A stretch of DNA of 31,093 nucleotides from Pseudomonadota bacterium (GTDB lineage: Bacteria > Pseudomonadota > Alphaproteobacteria > Caulobacterales > Hyphomonadaceae), in contig JBCAWP010000001.1 of assembly GCA_038534535.1 (NCBI GenBank), positions 1 to 31,093 on the forward strand, in the 5' to 3' direction. Of the stretch, positions 17,105 to 26,588 are shown piece by piece. The translations under genes were made by a program, and so were the position numbers. How positions within the stretch are numbered: position 1 is the stretch's first letter; every line of letters begins with the position of its first letter. Under the pieces are notes generated by a model. It saw nothing but the letters and a program-made list of their open reading frames with translations, was not told the origin of the DNA and made no database searches.

Positions 17105-18010
17105 ATGGCTTACGACGTTTTTCTCGTCTACGCGAACGAAGACAAGGATACGGCGGCGCTGGTCGCCCGGCGACTTCGCGCACTGAAGTTCAAGGTACGG
17201 TTCAATAAAGCCGGCGAGAAACCCACATTCGACGATAAGGACGCGCGGGATGCCTTGAAATCGCAGTCCATGCTGATCCTTTGGTCAAAGGATGCCGTGC
17301 AATCAGACTGGGTGCGCGCCGCCGCCTCGGTCGGTCATTCGAGATCCGGCATGCTCGTGGAAGCGGCCCTCGATAAGACCGTCCCCTACGAACCGTTCCG
17401 CAATCATAAACGCTTCGACATTTCGGGTTTCACACCGCGAAACGCGGTTGAGGGCTGGTATCTCACCGTTGAGGAACTCGGCCGCCGGGATGGCCGCAAA
17501 GATCTGCGGGCCTGGATCGATATTCCGAATAAGGACGAGGACGCGAAAACCGCCTGGCTCAGCGAGCACCCGACAGACCCACTCGCCCTGCATGCAGATG
17601 CCCTGCGTGAAAAGAAGCGGGCCGCAAAACCAGCCCCGGCACCTGCGGCAGCCGGCGCGGCCGCTTTAACCGCGAGCGCCATTGGACAAGGCCCTGCAAC
17701 TGCAGCACCGGCACCTGCGACCGCGCGCCCAGTGGCCGCAGCGGCTACAACTCCGCGCAAACCGGAACAACCGCCAGCCCTCGAGGCTGACCAGACCAAT
17801 GACATCGAATGGCTCATTCCAGCCGTTCTCGCGGGAATCGCTGCGCTCTTTTACTTGAGTTATTTGAACCGGTCCCAACCGCTTCCGCGCGGTCCAGCAA
17901 TCGCGAACGCCGAATTCGGGATAAATGTATGTCCTGCCGGAACTGTCCCATCGAACCTCTTACCGGCGCCAATTCTTGAGCCGGGCCCAATCATCAACGA
18001 TACGGAATAG
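17105..18010 (+). CDS. TIR-like domain protein with Pro/Ala linker and one C-terminal TM helix; catalytic Glu absent
   Basis: YDVFLVYANED (cf. DVFISY), LILWSKDAVQSDWVRAAA (cf. WS..SV.S.WV..EA), low-complexity PA linker, TM WLIPAVLAGIAALFYLSYL (17810..17866). Confidence 0.75.
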   Translation: MAYDVFLVYANEDKDTAALVARRLRALKFKVRFNKAGEKPTFDDKDARDALKSQSMLILWSKDAVQSDWVRAAASVGHSRSGMLVEAALDKTVPYEPFRNHKRFDISGFTPRNAVEGWYLTVEELGRRDGRKDLRAWIDIPNKDEDAKTAWLSEHPTDPLALHADALREKKRAAKPAPAPAAAGAAALTASAIGQGPATAAPAPATARPVAAAATTPRKPEQPPALEADQTNDIEWLIPAVLAGIAALFYLSYLNRSQPLPRGPAIANAEFGINVCPAGTVPSNLLPAPILEPGPIINDTE

Positions 18011-18016
18011 TCTCGA

Positions 18017-18712
18017 TTAAGTTGGCTTTGATTGCTTCGGGTCATGCTTCGGCGCGGGCGCCAAGCGCATGACCTCGGTTTGAAACCGCTCATCCTGTCC
18101 GGTCAGCAAGAACGGTAGCGCACGAACAATCGCGTCTTTTTGAGCATCGACCCATGCCTGTTCGGCCTTGGGAAAATCGGCCAGAACATAAGGCATCACT
18201 TTGGATTTGTCGCCCGGGTGACCAACGCCAAGCCGGATACGCCGGAAATCCGAACCCAGATGCGCGATCGCCGACCGGATGCCGTTGTTTCCAGAATGCC
18301 CACCCCCCTGCTTCACGCGCATGCGGCCCGGCGCGAGATCGATCTCATCGTGGAAGACCGTGACGTCTTCCGCGGCCGCTTTGAAAAATTTGCAGGCAGC
18401 GGCCATCGACCGGCCAGTCTCATTGTAAAAAGTCTGCGGCTTCAGGAGCAGCGTTCGCACACGTCCACCAGGTGTATCGATAAACCCTTCGCAAGTCTGG
18501 GCCTCGAACTTCTCGCGCCAATTGCCGAAACCATAGCGATCAGCAATCTCATTAAGGACCATGAACCCGAAATTATGCCGGTTGCCGGCATATTTCGGAC
18601 CGGGATTGCCTTGACCCACAAGGATCTGCAAAGGCCCCTCTCCATTTGCTGCGGGACCGCGCGCCTCTGGCCAAATCTTCTGCCAAAGGCCGCGGATCGC
18701 GGTTGGAATCAA
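18017..18712 (-). CDS. pth: Peptidyl-tRNA hydrolase (start TTG 18712 coupled to rplY, or TTG 18631)
   Basis: GQGNPG, RHNFGF, KPQTFYN, HDEID, RIRLGVGHPG. Confidence 0.93.
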   Translation of the reverse strand: MIPTAIRGLWQKIWPEARGPAANGEGPLQILVGQGNPGPKYAGNRHNFGFMVLNEIADRYGFGNWREKFEAQTCEGFIDTPGGRVRTLLLKPQTFYNETGRSMAAACKFFKAAAEDVTVFHDEIDLAPGRMRVKQGGGHSGNNGIRSAIAHLGSDFRRIRLGVGHPGDKSKVMPYVLADFPKAEQAWVDAQKDAIVRALPFLLTGQDERFQTEVMRLAPAPKHDPKQSKPT

Positions 18713-19350
18713 CCGTCGTCGCCTTCAGCCTCTTCCTCACCCGCCTCGGCTTCGTCTTCGCCGTCGGTTGCAGCGGCGGTTGAGGCCGCGCGACCAGCGA
18801 TTGTCGCGATCGTGAAATCACGATCGGCGATGGCGGGCGCGGCACCCTCCGGAAGCGTAATATCAGAAATCTTTACATTGTCGCCGATCTCGAGTTTTGA
18901 AACATCGGCTTCCAGACTTTCCGGAATCGCATTGGCCGCCACGTTGAGTTCCACCGCAAACCGAACAACGTTAAGTGTACCGCCCTTACGCAAGCCAGGT
19001 GATGCCTCTTCGCCGACGAACCGGACCGGCACCTCGACCGTAATGATCTGATCGGCCTTCACACGGTAGAGGTCGACGTGCATCGGTTGGTCATTGACCG
19101 GGTGAAACTGGATATCCTGGGGGATCACCAATTGGCGCTCACCTTTATGGATCAACGTAACCGTATTGCCTTTGAACTTCCCACTGTTGATCGCTTTCAT
19201 AAGCTCATTTCTCTTTAGGGAGATAGCGACTGGGTCAACATCGCCGCCATAAAGTACGCCTGGCACAAAACCAAGCCGGCGAGCCTCGCGGGCACCCCCC
19301 TTGCCGATCCGCTCACGCACGTCGACAGTCAGTTCTAGATTATCAGACAT
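18709..19350 (-). CDS. rplY: 50S ribosomal protein L25/general stress protein Ctc
   Basis: GKGGAREARRLGFVPGVLYGG, DIQFHPV, HVDLY, PGLRKGG and an acidic tail; RBS AAAGGA spacing favours ATG 19350. Confidence 0.95.
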   Translation of the reverse strand: MSDNLELTVDVRERIGKGGAREARRLGFVPGVLYGGDVDPVAISLKRNELMKAINSGKFKGNTVTLIHKGERQLVIPQDIQFHPVNDQPMHVDLYRVKADQIITVEVPVRFVGEEASPGLRKGGTLNVVRFAVELNVAANAIPESLEADVSKLEIGDNVKISDITLPEGAAPAIADRDFTIATIAGRAASTAAATDGEDEAEAGEEEAEGDDG

Positions 19351-19436
19351 CATCATTCCTTTCGTCCTGAGGTCCGCCGCTCTCGGTCGGTGACCACCTG
19401 ACACGCGCGGGAAATGCCCGCCGTTTCGAAGGCGGG

Positions 19437-19465
19437 TCATTATCGCAAGCGCGGGCTCACTGCAA
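19437..19465 (-). promoter_or_regulatory. Candidate sigma70 promoter of rplY-pth
   Basis: TTGCAG-N17-TAATGA followed by a GC-rich discriminator (CCCGCC). Confidence 0.45.
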
Positions 19466-19479
19466 GGCTAACGCGGCGA

Positions 19480-21213
19480 TCAGTCGACACGCCATACGAT
19501 TTCGCCTCCCACAACCGTCATAACGGGCTGGGTTTCGAGTATTTGATCTCCAGGGATCCGCATCAGATCACGATCAAACACGCTGAAGTCTGCCAACTTC
19601 CCGGGCTGTATTGTTCCAAGGTCATTTTCCTGAAAAGCCGCATACGCGGGCGCCCATGTGAGCATCCGCAGGGCTTCGGCCCGCGTGACAGCTTCTTCGG
19701 GATGCCAGCCCTCCCCAGACTGACCGTCGATCGTTTGACGCACGGTCGCAGCATAAAATTCGATCGTCGGCGATCCGACTTCCACGGGCGCATCCGAACC
19801 CCCTACGACGATCGCGCCCGCTTGCAGCAGGCTATTCCACGCATAAGCGCCCTCAAGACGGGTGAGACCGAGCCGGTCGGGCGCAAACTTCAAGTCCCCA
19901 ATAGCGTGCGAAGGCTGCATAGACGCGATGATCCCATAATCGCCGAACCGCGCTATATCCGGCTCAGCCAGAATTTGCGCGTGTTCGACCCGCCAACGCG
20001 CGTCCTTAACCGCCTCCGGCGAGCCAAGAGCTTCGATCATCCAGTCGAGCGCCGCGGCATTGGCCCTGTCGCCGATGGCGTGGAACGCAATCTGGATGTC
20101 CGCCTCAGCGGCCTGCTGTAACAGCGCGACCGTGTGTTCCCGTACGCGAAGGGCCAGGCCGCTTGTATCCGGTTGGTCTGCATAAGGCTTGAAAAGCAGC
20201 GCACCGCGGCTCCCGAGCGCGCCATCCATATAGATTTTGATGGCCCGGTTCTGGATTGTGTCCGTCTCGTATCGCCGCGCCTCGGCAATCTCCAATCCGC
20301 GCGTTGTAGGCGAAAAAGCATTGTGGATACGGATGGGAAGCCGGTTCTCCTCGTCCAACCCATGCATCAAGCGGGCATCCCGGGGGGCTACCGACATATT
20401 GTGAAGACCCGTCCACCCCCTAGACGCGTACACGTCTGCACCAACGGCGAGCGCAGTTTCCCGCTCAGCCCTGCTCGGCGATCCGACAAGCGCCTCAAGG
20501 GGCTCCATGGCATTATCTATGAAAATGCCTGTTGCAGCGCCTTCAGCGTCACGCTCGATCCGTCCGCCGTCGGGATTGGGCGTGTCATCATCAATCCCCG
20601 CGGCCGCGATCGCGGCGGAGTTGGCGACAAGGGCGTGGCCATCCGCGCGAATAAGAATGACAGGATTGTCGGGCGAGACCCGGTCGAGATCGATCACGCC
20701 CGGCATCCGCCCTTCCGGCCAGTCGGTCTCGATCCACCCCCTGCCAAACAATATCTGCCCATCGTCAAGTCGCCGGGTTTCACGCGCCACTGTTCGAACG
20801 AGAGAATCGAGCGACCCGGTGCCAGATAGATTGAGTGTCAGTTCCCGCTGACCGATGCCGAGAAGATGGGCGTGGCCGTCAACAAAGCCCGGGAACATCG
20901 TCGCGCCTTGAATATCCACTTCTCGAAGTGTGGCAGGCGCCATCCCCCGCAACTCATCAGGCCGTCCCGTTTCACGGATGCGCCCGTCCGGCCCAACCAA
21001 GACCGCTTGGACCGTCTGCGGATCCTCAAGACCGGTATAAATCCGCCCGCCCAGGAAAAGGCTATGGGGTCCATCCAGCTGGCTTGTGACAGAGACCTCT
21101 TTCTCCGCTTGAGCATTTTCACTCGCCGGTACGTCTTCTGGGGAGGAGCAGGCGAGCGCCGCAAATAGGAAAGCGGCCATGGCAAAAACTGTTTTGGCAA
21201 ATGCGCCGCGCAA
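19480..21213 (-). CDS. Amidohydrolase_3 (YtcJ-like) family metallo-hydrolase, probable lipoprotein
   Basis: AGGAGG RBS before TTG; signal peptide ending AALAC; DGHAHL, KIYMDGALGSRGA, HAIGD, RVEHAQ, GSDAPV. Confidence 0.88.
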   Translation of the reverse strand: MRGAFAKTVFAMAAFLFAALACSSPEDVPASENAQAEKEVSVTSQLDGPHSLFLGGRIYTGLEDPQTVQAVLVGPDGRIRETGRPDELRGMAPATLREVDIQGATMFPGFVDGHAHLLGIGQRELTLNLSGTGSLDSLVRTVARETRRLDDGQILFGRGWIETDWPEGRMPGVIDLDRVSPDNPVILIRADGHALVANSAAIAAAGIDDDTPNPDGGRIERDAEGAATGIFIDNAMEPLEALVGSPSRAERETALAVGADVYASRGWTGLHNMSVAPRDARLMHGLDEENRLPIRIHNAFSPTTRGLEIAEARRYETDTIQNRAIKIYMDGALGSRGALLFKPYADQPDTSGLALRVREHTVALLQQAAEADIQIAFHAIGDRANAAALDWMIEALGSPEAVKDARWRVEHAQILAEPDIARFGDYGIIASMQPSHAIGDLKFAPDRLGLTRLEGAYAWNSLLQAGAIVVGGSDAPVEVGSPTIEFYAATVRQTIDGQSGEGWHPEEAVTRAEALRMLTWAPAYAAFQENDLGTIQPGKLADFSVFDRDLMRIPGDQILETQPVMTVVGGEIVWRVD

Positions 21214-21326
21214 AGCACCCTCCTGACAACGATAGAGCGATCAACGGCTGTAAGGGCCGCCACTTGTTCGGACAGATCAAACTGTACCTGGCACGCCGCT
21301 TAAGTGCGGATCGTCACCGCGCGCAA

Positions 21327-21611
21327 TCAGGCGTTCGATTTCTTCTCGATATCGCGCTTAATCTTCGCGGCCCGCGGAGAGAGCATGTCGGATTTCGCTT
21401 TTGCGAGGAATGCGTCGAGACCACCGAGTTTATCGACCGTGCGGAGCGCTTTGGCGGCAATGCGCAGACGGAAGGTCTGATCCAGCGCTTCTGAGTGCAG
21501 GCGAACATCTAGAAGATTGGGCAGGAACCGCCGCTTTGTTTTGATGTTCGAGTGGCTGACATTGTGCCCGACAATAGGCCGGGTGCCTGTCAATTCGCAT
21601 GTCCGTGACAT
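21327..21611 (-). CDS. rpmB: 50S ribosomal protein L28
   Basis: MSRTCELTG...[19 protein letters not shown]. Confidence 0.96.
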   Translation of the reverse strand: MSRTCELTGTRPIVGHNVSHSNIKTKRRFLPNLLDVRLHSEALDQTFRLRIAAKALRTVDKLGGLDAFLAKAKSDMLSPRAAKIKRDIEKKSNA

Positions 21612-21654
21612 CGATATCTCTCTTCGCGCAAAGTCGAGTAAATCCGAAGCGGCG

Positions 21655-21683
21655 GACCTAACGGTTCTGACGTGCCACGTCAA
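21655..21683 (-). promoter_or_regulatory. Candidate sigma70 promoter of rpmB with a perfect 15-bp palindrome over the -35
   Basis: TTGACG-N17-TAGGTC; TGACGTG-G-CACGTCA at 21668..21682. Confidence 0.5.
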
Positions 21684-21793
21684 CCGGTCGATCTGAGAAT
21701 TCAGCACGCCTCAATGCGTTGATCTATCCCAGCCAACTTTACCGAAACACAACGCTTTAGCGTCAGTCCTAAACGCTAATCGAGGGCTGTACC

Positions 21794-23566
21794 ATGGGCA
21801 AACTGCGGACCAAGCAATTCTTAGAAGCCGCCGACCGGCTGGAGAATGGACTTGCGATCTATCGACCGGACTTAACCCTAGCCTATGCGAACGCCGCGGC
21901 GCGTATGCATATTCCAACACTCTACGAGCGCCTCGAACGTCAAACGCCGATTGAAAAGGCGATCGCCGACGAAATTGCCGACGTTTTTCCCAAGCGGTCC
22001 GAACAGGAACGTGCGCCGCTCGTGGCGTACTGCTTGAATGCTATTCGTAATGCAAAGCCGATGGAGATCGTCAGCCAAAGCGGCCGATACTTGAAGGTCT
22101 TCCACACTGTACTGAGCTCAGGCGACCTTGTCGGTTTGACCGTGGATGTGAGCGAGCTGAGAAAAAGAGAACGGGCTGTCGAGAGCGCCCGCCGAGATGC
22201 CGAGGCTGCTAATGCAGCAAAATCGGAGTTCCTCGCTACGATGAGTCACGAAATCCGCACCCCGCTCAATGGTATTCTCGGAATGGCCCAAGTGCTCCGA
22301 ACACGTCCGTTAAGTCCCGAAGAAACGGAAATGGTCGATACAATCCTCGATAGCTCTCGATCATTGATGACAATCCTCAACGACGTGCTCGACCTATCAA
22401 AAATCGAAGCGCGGCGGTTGGAACTCAGCCCCATATCCGTCGATATCCGCCATCGCCTCTCGCGCATCCACCGCTTCTATCACCCCGCGGCCAAGGAAAA
22501 GGACCTCTTCTTGAAGCTGGTCATAGACCCACGTGTGCCGAGCCATGCTGAAATAGACCCTGTGCGGGTGAGACAATGCGTTTCGAATCTCGTCTCGAAT
22601 GCTATCAAGTTCACCCAAAGCGGCGGTATCATCATTGCCGTGAAATGCGATCCGGCTCCGAGGGCGGGCGGACGACGTGAATTTACGATTCATGTCTCGG
22701 ACACCGGGATCGGTATCGAGCGCGAGCAACAAGACATCTTGTTTGACAGCTTTTCCCAGGCCGATGCATCGACGACACGGCGCTTTGGCGGAACAGGGCT
22801 CGGCCTTGCCATTTCGCGGCGTTTGGCACGGATGATGGGAGGCGACGTCACCGTGGTGAGTGAGCCGGGACGGGGTTCGGTTTTTACAATGACCTTCATG
22901 GCCAACGTTATAGCGGGCGACACCCAGACGACGCCGGTGAACGAGACTCCTGCCCTGGTGCTGGTGGATTCAGAAAGTGACGAGCGTTCCAACTCTGGCG
23001 AAATCGATCTGACTGAAGACAGCGGCGAAACCCGAGTGCCCGAAAAATCTGATCGTGCGATGACCGGTCTCAAGGTGCTTGTCGTTGACGACAATAAGGT
23101 AAATCGACGAGTCGCAAGATTGTTCTTGGAGCCGCTTGGCGCAACAACAACGGAAGCCGAGAATGGACAGGAAGCCCTGGACCTTCTCAGCCGGGAGTCG
23201 TTCAATCTCGTTCTACTCGATATGCACATGCCGGTGATGGACGGGCGTGAGGCAATCTCGAAAATTCGCCAATCGAAAAAGGACTGGTCCAACATACCCG
23301 TGATCGCCCTGACCGCCGATGCCATGGCTGGCGATCGCGAGAAGTGCCTCTCCCTCGGCATTGATGGCTATGTCGCCAAACCGGTCGATCAGCGTGAGTT
23401 GCTGACGGAGATTCTCACCGTTCGGGCCGAGGCGGAGAAAAATCGCCGCGCGCTCGCGCCCGATTTCAATGAGACCCGTGTGAGGGAACATCAAGACCAC
23501 GCAGCGGACAAGATCCTAAACGAGCCAGTCGATATCGACAGACAGGACACGCCCGAAGTCGCGTAA
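21794..23566 (+). CDS. Cytoplasmic hybrid sensor histidine kinase/response regulator (PAS-like, HisKA, HATPase, REC)
   Basis: [33 protein letters not shown]; REC LVVDDN, LDMHMP, AKP; no TM segment. Confidence 0.92.
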   Translation: MGKLRTKQFLEAADRLENGLAIYRPDLTLAYANAAARMHIPTLYERLERQTPIEKAIADEIADVFPKRSEQERAPLVAYCLNAIRNAKPMEIVSQSGRYLKVFHTVLSSGDLVGLTVDVSELRKRERAVESARRDAEAANAAKSEFLATMSHEIRTPLNGILGMAQVLRTRPLSPEETEMVDTILDSSRSLMTILNDVLDLSKIEARRLELSPISVDIRHRLSRIHRFYHPAAKEKDLFLKLVIDPRVPSHAEIDPVRVRQCVSNLVSNAIKFTQSGGIIIAVKCDPAPRAGGRREFTIHVSDTGIGIEREQQDILFDSFSQADASTTRRFGGTGLGLAISRRLARMMGGDVTVVSEPGRGSVFTMTFMANVIAGDTQTTPVNETPALVLVDSESDERSNSGEIDLTEDSGETRVPEKSDRAMTGLKVLVVDDNKVNRRVARLFLEPLGATTTEAENGQEALDLLSRESFNLVLLDMHMPVMDGREAISKIRQSKKDWSNIPVIALTADAMAGDREKCLSLGIDGYVAKPVDQRELLTEILTVRAEAEKNRRALAPDFNETRVREHQDHAADKILNEPVDIDRQDTPEVA

Positions 23567-23658
23567 CTTACGAAGACACCTTGCCTGACAAATAGCTTCG
23601 GTCCATTCAGGCCGCACGAGAGCTGGAATGACGCCGACACCAGCAGAACAGGTTGCGC

Positions 23659-26277
23659 ATGTCTGATATCAAGGCGGTCCTCGGGCCAACCAATACAGGC
23701 AAAACACATTTCGCCATCGAGCGGATGCTCGCCCATGGGTCTGGCATGATTGGATTGCCGCTGCGATTGCTGGCCCGCGAAGTTTACGACAAGATTTGCG
23801 CGTTGAAAGGCGTTGGCGCCGCAGCGCTGATTACGGGTGAAGAGCGAATCTGGCCCTCATCGGCCCGTTACTTTGCCTGCACCGTTGAGTCCATGCCAGC
23901 CCATGTGCCGGTCGATTGCCTGGCGATCGACGAGATCCAATTGGCCGAAGACCCCGACCGCGGACACATCTTTACAGACCGATTGCTGCGCGCACGGGGT
24001 ACAAGCGAAACACTTTTCCTTGGGGCCGAAACGATGCGGCCCGTGTTGGCGGCGCTCGATCTACCCTATGAAAACGACCCGCGCCACCGGTTCTCCGACT
24101 TGCAGTATGCCGGGCCGATAAAAATCACCAAATTGCCGAAACGCTCGGCGATCATCGCGTTCAATTCTGAACAGGTGTATGCCATCGGTGAGTTGTTGAA
24201 GCGCCAAAAAGGCGGTGCGGCCATTATTATGGGCGCCCTCTCCCCGCGGACGCGAAATGCGCAAGTCGAGCTCTACCAGTCGGGCGAGGTGGACTATGTG
24301 GTGGCAACTGATGCGATCGGCATGGGGCTCAACCTTGATGTTGATCACATCGCATTTGCCGCCCTGACGAAATTCGATGGGCATCGCCGGCGACATCTGC
24401 GCCCGGCCGAAGTCGGCCAGATTGCTGGACGGGCGGGCCGCTTTCGCCAAGATGGCACATTTGGAGAGACGGCAGACTGTCCCCTCTTTGGCGACCAGCT
24501 CGTCGGGCAAGTCACCCATCACACTTTTGAGCCGGTGGAACGGATCGAATGGCGAAACACCGATCTCGACTATTCGAGTATTCAAAGTCTGTTGTCTGGT
24601 CTGGCGAGGCCTTCCGGACACATCGTATTGAAACAAAACCCGAAGGCGCTCGACGAGTGGACGGCCCGCCGGCTAGCCGCAGATCCGGAGGTCCAGAGTC
24701 TGACGGTCGGTGAACGTTGGACCCGTCGGCTATGGGACCTTTGCCGCCTGCCAGACTTCCGCAAGGCGGGACATGATGGTCATCTGCGGATCGTCCAGGG
24801 TCTTTTTGAACACCTTGCGGACCCAGACGCGCGGCTGTCGGACGATGCCATGGCAAACCGCTTCCAGCGCCTTGACACCATAGCGGGCGATATTCCGGCC
24901 CTCCAAGAACGGCTCGCCGCCATTCGGACATGGGCCTATGCCGCGCATCGCGATGATTGGCTAGAAAACCCCGAGACATGGCGGGAGAAAGCGCGAACGC
25001 TGGAAGATCAGCTATCCGACGCGCTCCACGATGCGCTGACGGCTCGGTTCGTTGACCGGCGCACAACGGCCCTTTTGGCCAGCCTCCAGAAGAAAGATGC
25101 CCCCGCAGGCGAACTGTCGGGCGACGGCGAGATTGTTATCGAGGGTCACCGGGTTGGCCGCCTGGTTGGCCTTCAATTTGTTCCCGACACAGCGGGCAAA
25201 TCCCTAGAAGGCAAGGCGATCCGGAACGCGGCCTATGCGGCTCTAAAACCGATCCTCATGGCTAGACTGGCACAGATCAGCGCGGCCGCGCCGGCTGATA
25301 TTACGCTTAATCCCGACAACACGCTCTCCTGGGGCGGCGATGTTATTGGCCGGCTGAAAAAGGGGTCGAGTTGGCTGAAACCGCAAACCGAACTTGTCGG
25401 GGCCGATCAATTGGCGCTGGAGGCGCGCACGCCGGCCCGCGAAAAACTCGACGCCTGGGTGAGCGCCCATGTAGCCACGACGCTTCCCGGCCTTACGCGG
25501 CTTGCTGATTCATCTGTAACCTCGGCGCTATCGGCCGATCTGCGCGGCCTCGCCTTTCGCCTTGCCGAACGCGGGGCGGCGATCGATCTCCGGGAGGACA
25601 CAGACCGAGCCCGGCTCGATGCAGAAGCGCGCGACGCGCTGAAGTCCCTGGGCGCCCGGGCGGGCCGCGTGTCGGCCCATATCCCCGACGCCCAAAAGCC
25701 CAAACCCCAGCGCCTGATCGCACAGCTTCGCACGCTTTATGATGGCGAGTTTTGTCCGGTGGCTCCGGAAGGTGCCGGATCTTTTCCAATCTCAGACGAT
25801 TGGACCGATGCGCACTTGGCGGCGAATGGCTATCTTCGCCTCGGCCGGCGGGCGGTGCGCGCAGATCTGGCAGAGCGCCTCGCCTGGGAGGTGTCCTCGC
25901 GGAGAAAGGAAGCCGCGAAGACGGTGTTTGCCATCCCGCCGGAACTCGCCTCGATCGTCTCGTGTCCCGGGGATGCGTTCGCCCATGTGTTGAAAGGTTT
26001 AGGCATTGTACCGGCGGAGAAAGATCCGGAGACGGGGGTGCCGACACTCTGGCGATATAGCCGGCGCGGGGGCGGCCCGTCTCAACCGGGCCATGACCGA
26101 CGTAAGACACCGGCCAAGAGCGAAGCGTCGGGGTCGAAGCCCGAGCCGAAAAAGAAATCGCCGCGCCGGTCCCGACCCCATCCTCGCACGCACACGCCCA
26201 ATCCAGACAGCCCGTTTGCAGCGCTTGCAGTTCTGAAGACGCCGCCGCGCAAGAAGTCCAAGGCCGAGGATTCTTGA
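23659..26277 (+). CDS. SUV3-like SF2 helicase (MgpS-type)
   Basis: GPTNTGKT, DEIQ, VATDAIGMGLN, QIAGRAGR, and a basic disordered C-tail ending in DSPFAAL. Confidence 0.9.
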   Translation: MSDIKAVLGPTNTGKTHFAIERMLAHGSGMIGLPLRLLAREVYDKICALKGVGAAALITGEERIWPSSARYFACTVESMPAHVPVDCLAIDEIQLAEDPDRGHIFTDRLLRARGTSETLFLGAETMRPVLAALDLPYENDPRHRFSDLQYAGPIKITKLPKRSAIIAFNSEQVYAIGELLKRQKGGAAIIMGALSPRTRNAQVELYQSGEVDYVVATDAIGMGLNLDVDHIAFAALTKFDGHRRRHLRPAEVGQIAGRAGRFRQDGTFGETADCPLFGDQLVGQVTHHTFEPVERIEWRNTDLDYSSIQSLLSGLARPSGHIVLKQNPKALDEWTARRLAADPEVQSLTVGERWTRRLWDLCRLPDFRKAGHDGHLRIVQGLFEHLADPDARLSDDAMANRFQRLDTIAGDIPALQERLAAIRTWAYAAHRDDWLENPETWREKARTLEDQLSDALHDALTARFVDRRTTALLASLQKKDAPAGELSGDGEIVIEGHRVGRLVGLQFVPDTAGKSLEGKAIRNAAYAALKPILMARLAQISAAAPADITLNPDNTLSWGGDVIGRLKKGSSWLKPQTELVGADQLALEARTPAREKLDAWVSAHVATTLPGLTRLADSSVTSALSADLRGLAFRLAERGAAIDLREDTDRARLDAEARDALKSLGARAGRVSAHIPDAQKPKPQRLIAQLRTLYDGEFCPVAPEGAGSFPISDDWTDAHLAANGYLRLGRRAVRADLAERLAWEVSSRRKEAAKTVFAIPPELASIVSCPGDAFAHVLKGLGIVPAEKDPETGVPTLWRYSRRGGGPSQPGHDRRKTPAKSEASGSKPEPKKKSPRRSRPHPRTHTPNPDSPFAALAVLKTPPRKKSKAEDS

Positions 26278-26588
26278 CCAAGCCTGAAAACCATATCGCG
26301 GGGGAGGAAACGGGCGATGTCCGCTTGGATGTCTGGATGTGGCGCGCGCGGTTCTATAAGACGCGGCGGCTCTGCGCCGAGACGATTTCGAGCAAAGGCG
26401 TTCGCATTTCGCGCAGCGGACAAGTGCGGCGCGTCACGAAACCTGCGACCTCCGTTAAGGTGGGCGATATTGTCACCTTCGGAAAGTCCATGCATATCAG
26501 AAGTGTTGAAGTGCTGGCGATCGGCCTGCGACGGGGTCCGGCGAGCGAAGCGGCCCGTCTCTACCAAGATCGAACCGAGGAGCGTTGA
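26274..26588 (+). CDS. hslR: S4-domain RNA-binding protein Hsp15/HslR-like
   Basis: VRLDVWMWRARFYKTR, KPATSVKVGD, RRGPASEA.LY; TTG start overlaps the helicase TGA. Confidence 0.85.
   Translation: MTKPENHIAGEETGDVRLDVWMWRARFYKTRRLCAETISSKGVRISRSGQVRRVTKPATSVKVGDIVTFGKSMHIRSVEVLAIGLRRGPASEAARLYQDRTEER

Larger units (their letters stand above)
153..19716 (-). other. KOPS-like GGGNAGGG octamers, all on the minus strand
   Basis: CCCTNCCC on the plus strand at 153, 252, 5210, 7927, 8179, 13075, 16685 and 19709; no GGGNAGGG found on the plus strand by eye. Confidence 0.6.

Noticed and set aside
17105-18010. TIR gene as a Thoeris, CBASS or Pycsar anti-phage system
   Set aside because: No ThsA, cyclase, SAVED or other defence partner nearby, the catalytic Glu is missing, and the flanks are housekeeping genes.
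18140-19051. 303-aa plus-strand ORF antisense to pth/rplY (likewise 2224..2853, 6771..7436, 19414..20121, 20134..20829, 25493..26281)
   Set aside because: Shadow frames of conserved genes in GC-rich DNA; no motifs, no RBS, and composition typical of antisense reading.
19351-19440. N-terminal extensions in the ORF track for rplY (also rpmB, carD, parB, cupin 5627, phoA 7727)
   Set aside because: Good RBS and family N-termini place the starts downstream; the extensions cover promoter or leader DNA.
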